A DNA stretch of 64,000 nt from Scenedesmus sp. PABB004 (lineage: Eukaryota). The notes under the pieces were generated by a model. It saw nothing but the letters and a program-made list of their open reading frames with translations, had not been told where the DNA came from and ran no database searches. Shown here one piece after another: positions 24,080 to 36,626 of the stretch (its first letter is position 1; every line of letters begins with the position of its first letter). The stretch spans positions 434,001 through 498,000 of the forward strand of contig JABVCE010000014.1 of the NCBI GenBank assembly GCA_014905635.1, written 5' to 3'. Position numbers and translations under genes: made by a program.

Positions 24080-24664
24080 TCAGCGCCCGCCGCCAATCTG
24101 CTCCATGAAGCAGTCGATGCTGTCGCAGTCCTCCATGCCCAGCTGCGCACGCCGGCGCCGGCGGCGGGCGGGCGGTGAGCACGCCGCCGCGCCGCCGTCG
24201 CTGCGGCGGCGGCGCGCCGCGGCGCGCGCGGGCGCGCGCGCGGCGCTGGCAAGCGCACCGTCGACGGCGTGGCGGTCGGGTTGATGCGCGTGCCGTCAAA
24301 CACGAACCGCACTGCGCTGGGCTCGATGCTCTTCTTGTCGCAGTAGGCCTTGAACACCTGTTGCGCGAGCAGCAGCGCGAGCAGCAGCGCGCGCGGCGCG
24401 GAGGGGGGCGCGGAGGGGGGCGCGGAGGGGGCGCGTGGGCGCTGGCGGCGCGGCGCGGCGTGCGCGCACCGGGCGCAGCTGCCGCCGCCGGGCGCAGCGC
24501 GGCGGCGCCGCCGCTGCCGGGGGCTGGCGCGCCTTTTCGAGCTTGGTGTGCGTCTTGACCTTGAAGTGCACCTCGCTGCCCTGCTGGTCCTTGACGATGA
24601 GGTTGATAATGGTCCCCTCCACCTTGGGGGCGGGCTTGTTCTCGCCGGACGCCTCCTCCGCCAT
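24080..24664 (-). CDS. SUMO: Small ubiquitin-like modifier (SUMO); 3 exons
   Basis: Exons read MAEEASGENKPAPKVEGTIINLIVKDQQGSEVHFKVKTHTKLEK|VFKAYCDKKSIEPSAVRFVFDGTRINPTATPST|LGMEDCDSIDCFMEQIGGGR*, with the di-Gly present. Confidence 0.96.
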
Positions 24665-25323
24665 CGCGGTGGCTGCGGCGGTGCTGCGGCGGCGCGGCGC
24701 GCAGCAGCGGCGGCGCGTGATGGACCCCACCCGCGCCGCCCGCTGCGCGCGGAGCCGGGCTGCGCCCCGCAGCGCATGCTCCGGGGCCCCATGGTGCTGG
24801 GGGCCCGCCGTCCCGGCCGTCAGCGCGCCGCTAGCGCGAGCCAGGACCGCAGCACGGCCGCGCGCAGGCGCCCCCGGGCCGCGGGCGCGGCGTCTCGCGC
24901 CGCTGCCGCTTCCGGCGGTGTGACCTGGGCGCGCGGCGCTGCTCCCACGCCGCCGCACCTGGCGATCGGCGACGCCTCGGTCTGCCGGGGCGGGCGGGCG
25001 CTGGCGGGCGGGCCTGGGCGGCGTCGGGCGGTCGCGAGGCGGCGGGAGTCGCGCGTGCTGCTCGACCGTGGCGCCCGCGGCCCGCGCCGGCGCGTCTTGG
25101 CGCGGGCAGCTGCAGAGGCGCCTCTCGAGTGGCGCGCGGACACAGCACGCAGAGAGCCGCAGCGCTCGCTCAGCAGCCCCACACGCGGCGGCACACTCGG
25201 CCTGCTCGCCCCAACCGCCGCCGACGCCGCTCGCGGCAGCGCAGTCGCTGCTGCCGCAGCCGCTGCTGCGCCGCCGCCCGCCGCCGGCCTGCCGGCGCGG
25301 CCGGCGCGCGGCGCGGGGGCGCC

Positions 25324-28300
25324 ATGGCGCACCTGCAGCGCGTGTCCCTGGCGTGCAAGGCCGTGGCGGAGCACTTCGGGCCGCAGGCGGAGGTGCGGCA
25401 GCGGCGCCGGCGCTGCTGCAGCTCGCGGCCCGCCCCCGCCGTCTCACAACGCGCGCCGCCCCTTCTCCTCCCCGCGCGCGTGCAGCTGGTGGCCGGCACG
25501 CTGCTGAAGAAGGGGCGGCAGTCGTTTGCGGAGCTGCTGGGCGCCTGCAACGCGGCGCTCGCGGCGGCGAGCCCCGGCGGCGCGCGGCCGCCGGCGCTGC
25601 CGCGCGCCGCGCTGCAGGCGGCGCTGCTGGTGCTGATCCAGCAGAACTGCGTGTGCACGTGGCTGCAGCCGGCCGAGGTGCGCGTCAACGGCGTGCGGCC
25701 GGCTGTGTACCTCTACGAAGCCGACCTCCCGGCGATGCTCCACATCCTCAGGCGCGGGCGGCGGCGGCGGCAGCGGCGGCAGCGACGCGCGCGGCGTCGG
25801 CGCGCGGCGGCGGGCTCGCGGCCGGCGCGGCGGCGGCGCGCCCCTGACGCTGCGGCGCGCCGCGCGGGCCGGGCGGGCGCGCGCAGGCGGCCACAGTTCC
25901 TCCAACTCATCAGGGACGACGAGGCGGCGGGGCCGGGCGGCGGCGCGGACATGGGCGCCGAGATCGTGGAGGTGCTGCTGGAGCACGGCCGGCTGCGGTG
26001 CGTGCGGCGCTGCACGCCCGCGCGCGCGCGCGCGCGCCGCCGGCGGCTGCGGCCGCCCGCCCGCCCGCCCGCCGACCCGCCCGCCCGTCTGCCGACCCGC
26101 CCGGCCGGCAGCTTTGACCAAATCACAAACGCGGTGGTGCAGCGCAAGCTGAAGGACGACGGCGACGGCGACCCGGACGCGCGCGGCGCCGCCGAGTCGG
26201 TGCGCAGCTCGTTCGTGGCGCTGCTGCAGGAGCACCTCATCGAGCGCGCGCCGCCCTGCAACCTGCCGCCGCCGCTGCCGGCCAGCCGCGCGCCGAGCAA
26301 GGCGCGCAAGGCGGCGCCCAAGCCGGGTGCGGCGGCTGCGCGCGCGCGCGCGCGCCGCGGCCCGCCGCGCGCCCCGCCGCGCGGGGGCCCGCAACGCGGC
26401 CGCCGCGCCGCGCCGCGCCGCGCCGCAGGGTCGGCCGAGTACGCTGAGCAGCAGAGCCGGCAGCTGCAGGCGCTCGCGCACCAGGCGGCGGCAGAGTGCC
26501 GCTTCAAGGCGCCGCGCGAGCTCGTCGCTGGCATGAGCGACGAGCTGCTGGGTGAGCCGCCGCGCCGCGCCGGGGCGGCGGGGCCCTCCGGGCCGCGGCT
26601 GCGCTCGCGCCGGGCGGCGGGCGGGTGGGGTCGCTGACGGCGCCGGCGCCGCGCCCGCCGCAGGCCTGGTGGCGCCGGCGGACGACGCCGGCGCGGCGGC
26701 GGCGGCGGCTGCTGCGGGCGACACTAAGCCGAGCCGCAAGCGGCGGAAGCTGGCTGGCGGCGTGAGCGAGGACGCGGCGGCGGCGGCGGCCGCGGCCGCG
26801 GCCGCGCAGAGCGCCGCCGAGGCGGCGGCGCTGGAGCGCCAGGCGGCGATGGCCGCCAAGCGGCGCAAGACCAGCGGCAAGGCGACCAAGCCCGGCAAGG
26901 GCGGCGCCGGCGCGGCGGCTGCAGAGGCAGGCGGGGCGCCGCTCGTGGCGGTCAAGCTGGAGGAGGACGGCGGCGCCGGCGCGGTCGAGCCGGCGACGGG
27001 CAGCAGCCGAGCGGCGGCGGCGGCGGCGGCGGCGGCGGCAAACGGCAGCGACGACGTCGGTGCGCGCCGCGGCCGCGCCCGCGCGCCGCGTGCCGCGCGC
27101 CGCGCCCGCCCACGCCCCGCCGCGCCGCCGGCCGACCGCCGGCGGGCAGAGCCGCCGGGCGCGGCGGAGATGCTGTGGCGCGTCAACCCGGCGGAATTCA
27201 ACCGGCGCTTCAGGAACAAGGTGCGAGGGTTTGGGGTTAAGGACGGGCGCCGCCGGCCGCGCGAGCGAGCGCCGCCCGGGTCCGCGGCGGCGCCGTCGCT
27301 GACACGCCGCCGCCGCCGCGGCGCCGCCGCCGCGCTCGGCGTGTGCGCAGGTGATGGTCGACCTGGTGACGGACAAGGCCGGCGCCGACTGCGGGACCGT
27401 GGTCGCGGCGATGCTTGCGCACTGCAGGCGCTTCGAGACCACCGTCAAGGTCTGCCGCCTGCGCCGCTCGCGCCCGCGCCGCCGCGCCCGCGCCGCCGCC
27501 CCGTGCCCGCGTGCCGCACCGCGCGCGCGCCCACGCCGCGCGTGCCCACGCCGCGCCGCGCGTGCGCCCGTGTGCGTGCGGGCAGAGCGAGAGCAGCGTC
27601 GCGATGAGCCTCGCCGACATCGACGCGGCGCTGGCCGCGGGGCAGGCCGCGGGCCGGCTGCCCCCGCTCGCGCCGGGCGCGGAGCCCAAACGCCTGCTCC
27701 ACGCGCTCAGCATCGACGGCGCCAGCGTGAGGCGCCCGCGCGCCTGCTGCGCGCGGCGCGCCGCCGCCTTGCACCTGCGCGCCCGCGCGCCCACACACCT
27801 CGCCCCGCGGCCCGCGACCCGCCGCAGTTTGTCGACAGCAGCAGCCTCGGCCCCGGCGGCGTGACGTACAGCGTCAACATGCTCGCGATCCTCGACCGCG
27901 CGCGCCTGCTGCAGCTGCACGCCGTGCTGCGCGACAAGTGCGGCGCCGCGCCGCGGCGCCGCCCGGCCCTGGCCGCCACCGCCGCGCGCCCGCTGCCGCC
28001 ACGCGCGCTCGAGCGCGCGCGCCCCGCCCGCCGATGCCCCGCGCCCAGGTTTGGCGTGCACGGGCTGCGCATCTTCCAGACCCTCTTCATGCGCGGCCAG
28101 CTGGAGCAGAAGCAGGCGCGCGCCGGGCCGCCCGCTCGCCTCTGCCCGCACCGCTGGCGCGCCGCTGCGTGCGCCGCTGCCCACACGCCGCTGACGCGCC
28201 GCTGCGTGCGCCGCTGCCCGCGCTGCCTGCGCTGCGCCGCTGGCATACACACACAGATCGCGGACTATGTGATGCAGCCGCACAAGGAGACGCGGGAGCT

Positions 28301-28886
28301 GCTGTACCGCATGTTCCGCGCCGGTTACATGCAGCTGCAGGCGCGCCGCGCCGCTGTCACGCCGCCGCCGCCGCGTGCGGCGGCGCCGCAGAGCCGCCGC
28401 CGCGGCCCCGCGCCGCTGCGCCGCCGCGCCGCAGGACATTCCGCGCACCTCGGACCGCGCCCCGACGCGGTGCTTCTACACGTGGCACGTCGACATCCAG
28501 GCCATCTTCCGTCGCCTCGTCTGTGCGCGCCGCACGGCCGCCGCGCGCGCGCCGCACGGCTGCCGCAGCCGGCCGCGCGGGGCGCCCGCGCCGCGCCGCG
28601 CCGCGCTGCCCACGCACGCGGCGCCGCCGCCGCCCCCGCCCGCCGCCGCCGCGCAGCCGACCTCTTCCACGCGGCCGCCAACCTGCACGCGCGGCGCACG
28701 CACGAGCTGGACGCGCAGGCGGAGCTCGTCGCGCTCGTCGACGCGGCGCACGCGGCGGGGACGCTCAACTTCAACATGACCGACGCGCAGCGCCGCGCGC
28801 TCCAGCGCCTCTCGAGCGTGCAGGGCGCGCTGGACACCAGCCTCATGCGCCTGGACGGCATGATCGCGCTGTTCGAGGAGTTTTGA
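25324..28886 (+). CDS. POLR3C: RNA polymerase III subunit RPC3 (C62/C82); multi-exon
   Basis: Motifs: VAEHFG..AELVAGTLLKKGR, LLVLIQQN, EIVEVLLEHGRL, WRVN.AEF.RRFRN, DKFGVHGLRIF..L...GQLEQKQIAD, RELLYRM...GYMQLQDIPRTSDRAPTRCFYTWHVD. Confidence 0.9.
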
Positions 28887-29079
28887 GCGCCGCCGCCCAC
28901 GTGTCGCGCCGCGCGCGTGCCGCCGGCCGCCCGCGCCGCGCGCCGCAACCCCCGGCCCGCGCGCGCGCCCGGTAACCGGGCAGGTCCCGGGTGCGGGCTG
29001 CGCGTGGGGCCTCCCAGCCGCCCAGCAGCCTCGGTCGCGGCCGGCGCGCGTGCCGCGGCGGTGGTTGCGCAGCGCGCCA

Positions 29080-29754
29080 GGCGCGGGCGCGGCGCGGCGG
29101 CCCCTCCTGCGCACGCCGGCAGGCGCGCCTCGGGCTGGTGGCCGGCGATGGCTGCCGCCTGCATAACGAGCGAGCGTCCGCGCATCGTCGCCGGACTTCG
29201 GCGCCCGCGGCGCGCAGCGCGGCGCGCTCTGCGCGGCCCCCGCCTCGCGTGCGCGCCGGCGGCGCCTGCATGGCGACGGCCCGCCGGCCGGCGGCGTCGA
29301 GCACACTGCCGCGGGCCGTGAATAGCGGTCGCCGCCATTTCCCAGGCGCACGCGCGGCAGCCCACGCGAGAGGCGCACCCGGCGATCGCCGATGACGCCC
29401 GCTGCCCCGCCGTGCTGCGGCCGGGGGTGGCCGCGGGCGAGCCCGCTGCGCCTGCCGGCGGCCGGGGGGCGCCGCGTGGCCGGGCAGGGGCAGCGCGCGC
29501 GCCGCAGCGGCGCCCTGGTACGCGCGTGTTACGAGCGTCACCGCCCCTAACCAAGCGCCTCGCCGGCCGGCACGCGCGGGCACACCCTCCACACCCGCGG
29601 GCTCGCAGAGAGGCAGCGGCGCGCCGCGCAGCCCCGCCGCCCGCCGCATGACCATGGCTGAGGCCGCGCCGGCCGTCGGCGGGGAGCAGGCGAGCCTAGT
29701 TGCAGCCGAGGACAGCCCCCTGCCCGCGCTGGCGTCGCCCAGCAAGGTCGTCAC
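29080..29754 (+). repeat. Copy B (likely source) of the ~670 bp inverted duplication
   Basis: Matches the reverse complement of 23333-24003. Here the sequence continues into the intact RRM gene. Confidence 0.93.
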
Positions 29755-31488
29755 GGCGCAGCGGCGCCACGAGGCCAGCGACTCGCGTGTGCTCAAGCTC
29801 AAGGGCCTGTGAGCGCCCGCGCCGCCCCGCCCCGGCCGCCCCGGACCACGCGCAAGCCCCCCGCGCCGCGGCCGACGCCCCCGCGCCGCGCCCGCGCCGC
29901 CGCAGGCCCTACACCACCAGCGAGCAGCAGGTCCTCGATTTCTTTGCGGGCTACAACGTCGCCGAGGTGGCGTTCGTCTACGAGCCCGACGGCCGGCCCA
30001 GCGGCCTGGTGCGCGATCCGCGCTGCGCGCGCAGAGGGCCGGGAGGCGCAGCAGCTGGCGCGATGGGGCCGTTAGCGGCGCGGGGCGCGCCCGATCGCGG
30101 GCGGCGAGCGCCCCACCGGCACTGGCCCCGCACCTCGCCATTTTTGGCGCGCCACGCGCGCGGGGGCGGCCCCCGACAGCTGACCGCGTCTCCCCTCCGC
30201 CAACCGATCGCAGGCCTTTGCCGAGTTTGCCACGCACGAGGAGGCGCTGCAGGTGCGCCAGCCGCGGCCCCGGCCCCGCCGGGCCTGCGGAGGCGGCGGG
30301 CCCGGCGCGCGCCTGCGAGCGGCGGCTGCGCGCGGCGCGGCGGCTGTCGCTGCTGCTGCTGCGCCGCCGCGGCCGCCGCCGCCCACCCCGCCGCGCCCGC
30401 GCGCCGCGCCGCGCCAGGCGCTGAGCAAAAATGGCGAGTACCTCGGCGACCGCTACGTGCGGCTGCTGCACGTGCCGAAGCAGGAGATGGAGGAGCAGGT
30501 CCGGCTGGGCACGCTCGCCATCCCCGGCGCGCAGGCCAAGATGCGCGCCAAGATGATGCGCGGCGGCGTGGACGGCATGTACGGCGCGGACGCGCTGCAG
30601 CAGGTGCACGCGGGCATGCTGCAGGGCGGGCAGCAGGGCCTGCCCGAGCTCGGCGGCGCCGGGTACGGGGGGCACATGGGCCTCGGCATGCCGCACAGCA
30701 TGCCGCAGCCGGGCATGCCGCACCAGCTGCAGCCGGGCATGGGCCTCGGCATGGGCCCCGGCGGCATGGGGAGCATGGTGCCCGGGCCCCACATGGGCAT
30801 GGGCGGCGAGCACAACCTGCAGGTCGGCGGCCAGGCGGGGTGAGTGCCGCCGCGGCGCGGCACGCGCACCCGCAGCGGCGGCGGCCGCCCGCCTGCCCGC
30901 GCCGGCGCCGGCGCCGGCGCCCACGCGCGCCCGCACCGCGCCGCCGCAGCATGCCGCCGCACATGGCGCTCGCGTACCAGCTGAGCGGCATGGGCCTGGG
31001 CGGGCAGGGCCGCCCCGGCGGCGGCATGGGCATGCCCATGGGCGGCCCGATGATGCCGCACGGCTACGCGCCCGCGGCCACCCCCGCCGCGCCCATGGCC
31101 GTCATCGGCACCGACAGCAAAACCATCAAGATCCGCGGCCTGCCCTTCAGGTGACTTGCCGCGCCGCGCGCCGCCGGCGCCGCGCAGCGGCGGGCCGCGC
31201 GCACGGCCGCGGCTCGCCGCGCGCCCTCGCGCCGCGCTGCGCGCGCCGCGTCACCCGCCCGCGTCGCCCGCCGCGGCCGCGCGCAGGGCGACGCCGCTGG
31301 ACATCTTCAACTTTTTCGAGAGCTACGCGGTCATCGCGGAGAGCCTGCAGCTCGGCGTCGACGCGCTCGGCCGGCCGAGCGGCGAGGCGTGGCTCACGTT
31401 CACCAGCAGCGACGAGGCGCTGCGCGCGGTGCGCGAGCGCAACCGCCACTACCTCGGCAACCGCTACCTCGAGCTCTCGCTCACCTAG
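29648..31488 (+). CDS. Two-RRM RNA-binding protein of the hnRNP F/H / ESRP (quasi-RRM) type with a Met/Gly/Pro-rich linker
   Basis: RRM1: VLKLKGLPYTTSEQQVLDFF...DGRPSGLAFAEF...A..ALSKNGEYLGDRYVRL. RRM2: IKIRGLPFRATPLDIFNFF...GRPSGEAWLTF...NRHYLGNRYLELS. Confidence 0.9.
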
Positions 31489-33751
31489 GACGCGCGGTGG
31501 CACGCGGCGGACGCGACGCGCGGCGGCGACACGCGGCGGCGGCGGCGGCCCGCCGCCACCTCGGCGCGGGGCGCGGCGCGGCCGCCACTCGGGGCCGCGC
31601 GGCTGTGGAGGCCGCGGCGCCGGCCGCGCGGCGCGGCGGCGCTGGCGGCGGCTACGGATGCTTGGAAACGCGGGGCCTGTCTGCTGGGCGGCGTGGGCCG
31701 GAGGGCAGGGGCCCGCGCGCGACCCCTGAGCGGCGCGCTGCGGGGCGGGGCTGAAGAGTCCTGGGGGCCCGGCGCGGAGGGCGGGCGGGCGGCGCGGAGG
31801 GCGGGCGGCGCGGGGCGCGGAGCCCCGCGCCCAGCAGCTGGCCGCGTGGCGCGCGCCGCTGTGCTGCAGCTGGGGCGCTGTCAGGCAGGCGCTGGCGGGA
31901 CTCACCTGATCCTTGAATGACGCGCGCCACGTGCCGCACCTGCGCGCGGGCCTCACGCTCTCCCCCTGCGCGCCGCGGCGCAGCAGGAGCGGCGGCGCGC
32001 GCGGCACTGGGCGGTGGGAGGGGTGCGGGGGAGGCGGTCGGGGCCGCCTCGTTATTGTCGGGTGTTGGGATTCGGGGGTGGGCACTGCGGAGGAGGCAGG
32101 GGCTTGGGGCGGCGCCTGTGCTCGCGCGCGTACGCGGGCGGCGGGCCGCGCACCGCCGTGCATGGGGCTGCGGCGCGCGCTGGGGCGGGGCGGGACCACA
32201 CCTTCTTGCAGCTGGGCGCGCTGGCGGGCGGGCGCGGGCAGCGGTGCGCGCAGCGCCCTGCCCCGCCCCGTGCGCCGCCCGCGGCGCGCAGCCCCCTAGC
32301 GGCACGCAGGACTGTGTGTTGGGCGCCGCGCCGCTGCCGGCTCGCTGGCGGCGCGCGCGCGCGCCGCGCACCGCATCACTCCACCCTGGTTCCCCCACCC
32401 CTGGCCTCTCGGCGGCGGGGATCGCTTGGGCGTTAGGGGCGTGAATAGCTTTGGCGGCGCGCGTCGCGCCGCCGCAGCTCAGGGCGCCGCGAGTGAGCGA
32501 GGACACTGTCTGGCTGGCCGCAGCAAGCACACACACACACCGGAGCACACTGCGTGAACTCGCCCAGCGCCGCGGGATGGTGCGGCCGGCGGGGCACGCC
32601 CGCGCTTGCGTAGCGTGCGCCCGCGGCTGTGGCTGGCTGCTGGAGACTGCCGCCGGGGCAGGGCGGGCGGGCCGCGGGCTGCGAGGGGCGGTCGGTCGGG
32701 GCGGGGTCGGTTCGTCTGCGCCGCCGCCGCCGCGGGGCCGCGGGGCTGCGCTGCTGTGGCCGCTCGACCGCGCCGCCGCCCCGCGCGCCGGCGCGGCCGC
32801 ACACTCTATGACATCAGACCACGCTTTGTCCTGCCTGCTTTGTCCTGCCTGCCTCGCCTGTGTGAGAACCAGACCAGATGGAAGGATCAGTCCGGCGCGC
32901 CGCCGCAGCAGCTCGCGCGCTGCTGCGGCGGCGCGCCGGTGTGTGTGCCCCGCCGCCGCGCCCACCATCTCTTGCGTGTGCATGGGCGGCCACAACCCTC
33001 CTCTCGGCGGCGTGACCCCAGCAGCGACTGCGCGCGCCGCGCCTGGGCGCGCGGGGGGCGCGCACAGCAGGCAGGCAGGGCGCAGAGAGAGCACCGACAC
33101 ACCGGCCGGACGCTTCCCCAACCCATCGCACTGGATATCCAGTGCGGCGCACGTGCGTGCTGCCGTGGCTTTGGTGGGGCGCTTGGCGAGGCGCTGCTGG
33201 CTTGGCCACACCTGCCCCGCGATTTGTTGCCGCAGCGGCGGCACGGCACGCCGCGGAGGTCTCTAGGGCAGAGGGCGAGCACTGCCGAGGCGGCGCGGGC
33301 GTGGATCCTTCTCCCCCAAACCCTGACCACGGCTTGAGCCCAATCAAAGGCGGCGAGCAGGCGCGCAAGCCCTCCGCTGCCTGGCAACCGACGGACCCCC
33401 AAGCCGCGCACGCTGCCGCAGCGGCAGAGGCACGATTACCTCGCAGCCCTGCTCGCAGCTGCGCAGCTGCGCTCAGGAGCCGCGGCCAACGTCAGCTCAA
33501 TCGCAGCACGCAGCGCGCCGCACGTTGCCAGCGGCGCGCACGAAAACCAGAGGTCCAGAGTTCAGGGGCCGCGCAGCCCATGGCAAGCGCCTTGCAAGGC
33601 GCCGGCTCACGACAAGGCGCGGCACCACGGCCGGTGCAGCGCCCCGCGTGCGCCGCAGCGCAGAAGAGAAGAGGGAGTGCAGGGGTGAGGTTCACAAGCG
33701 TCACGCCCCATGCGGGGTCGCCGCCGCGGGGCGGGTCATGCACGGGCGGTC

Positions 33752-36626
33752 TCACGCGTCCTTATCGCCGGCGCGCGCCGCGGCCGCCGCCGTGTCCACC
33801 GCCGGCGGCGTCGTGACGGGCGGCGTCGTGACGGGCGCGAGGCAGCCGCCGCCGTCCAGCCCGACCGCCACCGGCACCGCGTCGCCCTCGCCGCCGCTGG
33901 CGCTGGCGCTGCCGCTGCTGGCGCTGCCGCTGCTGCTGCCGCCGCTGCTGCTGCTGCCGCTGCTGCCGGCCCCGCTCGCGGCGGCTCCGCCGCCGCCGTC
34001 GCAGGCGTCGTCGCTGCCGGCGGCGCCGTCGCCGGCGCTGGCGCTGATGCCGCGCGCGCCGTCGCGGCGCGGGCGGTCGCGGAACGCGCTGCGCGCCGAG
34101 CCAAAGTGCACCCACGCGCCGCCGGCGAGCCGCGCGACCGTGAGCACCTTGAGCACCGCCCACACGCCGAGCACGCCGCCGGCGCCGCGCGACACGAGCG
34201 CGGCAAGCGCGGCGTACTGCACGAGCGACCCGGCGACCTGTATGACCGACAGCGCGTTGGTCTGCCCCGCGGCGATGAGCCCGCCGTCCATGATGCTCGC
34301 CGCGGCGTCGAGGGGCATGCAGACAGCAATGACCGGGACGATCGCGCCGGCGAGCCCCGCGACCGCGGCGTCGCGCGTGAAGAGCGCGACGAGCGGCCCC
34401 GCGCGAGCAGCAGCGCGCCGCCGACGGCGACGCCCGCGCCCGCCGCGAGCGCGGCCGCGCGGACGAGCACCGCGCGCGCCGCGGCGCGGTCGCCGCGGCC
34501 GAGGAAGCCGGCGGCCATGGCCTGCGTCGCGACGTTGAGCGACTCGAAGAGCTGAATGCTGATGATCCACACCTGCGTGAGCCGCCGGGCGGGGCGGGCA
34601 GGCGGCACACTCGCGGTGAGCCGCGGCGGGCGCGCGCGTGCGCGCGGCGGCGGCGGGCGGCGGCGGCGGCGCGCCTGGCGGATGATCTCAAACGCCGCCT
34701 GCGACGCCGCGCCGGCGCGGACGCAGATGGCCGAGGCAAACATGATCATGCCTGCGCGGTGGCGGCGGCGGCGGAGGCGGAGGCGGGCGGGCGGGCGGGC
34801 CGCGGGTCAGCGGGGGCGGTGCCAGGGCGGGGCGGCGGCGGGGGCGGGGCGCGTGGCGGCGCCGGCGGGCGGCGGCGGCGCGCGGGCGGCGGGCGGCGCA
34901 CCAAAGGTGACGACCATGCGGAAGGCGAGCACCGCACCCTTCCTGCAAGAGGGATGGGGGAGTTGGGGCACGGGCAGCGTCAGCGCGCGCGCGCCGCAGC
35001 GCGGCGGCCCCAAACCCGCGCAGCGGCCCCGCGGCGCGGCGCGGCGCGGCGCGGCGAGCGCGGCGCCGGCGGGGGCCTCACCAGAGGTACGGCGCGACCT
35101 CGCCCCAGCGCGGCGGCTGCGCGAGGTCGCCGGGGTGCAGCAGGCCGCGGCGCAGCATCAGCCCCAGCAGCATGGCGCAGCTGACCCACTGGCTGATCGT
35201 CGCGGCGAGCCCCGCGCCCCACACGCCGAGGTCGAGGCCTGCCGCGGCGGCGCCGGCGGGGTGGGGCGCGGCGGGGTGGGGCGCGGCGGGTCGGCGGCCG
35301 GCGGGCGCGCGCGCGCGCAACGCCGCCAGCATCTGCGCGGCGGTGCCCGGCCCCGCCCCCGGCGCCCACCCAGGATGAAGAGCGGGGTGAGCGTGAGGTG
35401 CGTCAGCGCGGCGGCCACCGCCGCGCGCAGCGGCGTGCGCGTGTCCTGCGCGGGCGGCGGCGAGGCGGGTGAGCGCGGCTCGCCGCCGCCGGCGAGCGCC
35501 TGCCGCCCACGCCGCGCGCCGCGCCGCGTCGCCGCGCGGCGCACCTTGACGCCGCGCCACGTGCCGCTCGCGACAAAGCCCAGCATCGCGGCGAGGATGC
35601 CCCACGACCTCACCGCCATGTACTGCGTCGCGAACAGCGCAACCTCCGGCTCCGGCGGGTTGAGCGCTGCAGCGGCGGCGGCGGCGGCGGCGCGGCGGCG
35701 GAGGCACGGTGGGGCCCGGCGGTGCGGGCCGGCGGTGCGGGCCGGTGCCAGCGGGCCGGCGGCGGGCCGGCGGGCAGCGCGGCGCTGCGCCCCGGCCCCG
35801 CCCACCCGCGACGATGGCGCCCGCGCCGGCGTTCATGCCGACCGCGACGCACAGCCCCGTGCCCGCGGCGAGCCACAGCCCGACGGCCGCGAGGCGCGAG
35901 ACCGTGCGCGCGTCGCCGTTTGCGTGCGCCGCCGCGATGCGCGGCGTGGTGAGGAAGACAAGAAAGCTGAACACGTACGTCGCGAGGCTCGTCGCGAGGC
36001 TCGCGAGGCTCACCGCGCCGAGCTGCTGCGTGCCGAGGTGGCCCAGGAACGCTGCAGGCGGCGGCGGCGGCAGGCCGCGGGCGGAAACAGCTCGGCGCGG
36101 CGCGGCGCGGCGCGCGCTGGGCTGGGCGGGCGCCCGCGCGCGCGCGCTGCCAGGGGGGCGTCAGGGGAAGGGGGCATCCACCCCGGGGCCGCTCACCCGC
36201 GCTGAGGACGCTCATGAGGGGCTCGAGCATCATCGCCGCGAGCGCCGGCGCGGCGAGGTGCAGCAGCTCGGCGTCGTACTGCGACGGCGCCAGCAGCCCC
36301 CGCAGCGCCGCGCCCGCGCCGGCGCCGACGCCGCGCAGCCGGCCCTGCTGCGGCCAGCCGCCCATGTCCGCCGCGGCGGCCGCCGCCGCGCGCGGCGCGA
36401 CTCGCCGCCGGCCGCGCTGCTGCTGCTGCTCGTGCTCCCGCCGCCGCGGCGCCGCCGCCGGCGTCGCGTCACCGGCGCTGGCATGGCTGCGCTGCTGCAC
36501 CAGGGCTAGCCGGCGCAACCCGGCCGGCGGAGGCGCGACGGCCGCCGCCAGCGCCAGGCTGTGGCGCTGCTGGCCCTGCTGGCCCAGCCTCGCGCCGGGG
36601 CCCTGCGCCATCCGCGGCGCCAGCAT
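33752..36626 (-). CDS. MATE efflux family protein (DinF/FRD3-like DTX clade), probable organellar transit peptide; apparent frameshift at ~34400
   Basis: Motifs: ELLHLAAPALAAMMLEPLMS, AFLGHLGTQQLGAVSLA, FSFLVFLTTPRIA, GTWRGVKDTRTPL, GVWGAGLAATISQW, QAAFEIIRQVW, ATQAM, LFTRDAAV, DGGLIAAG. Confidence 0.9.

Noticed and set aside
23333..29754. DNA transposon with long terminal inverted repeats carrying SUMO and RPC3
   Set aside because: The repeat contains host coding sequence continuous with an intact gene. No transposase or target-site duplication was seen.
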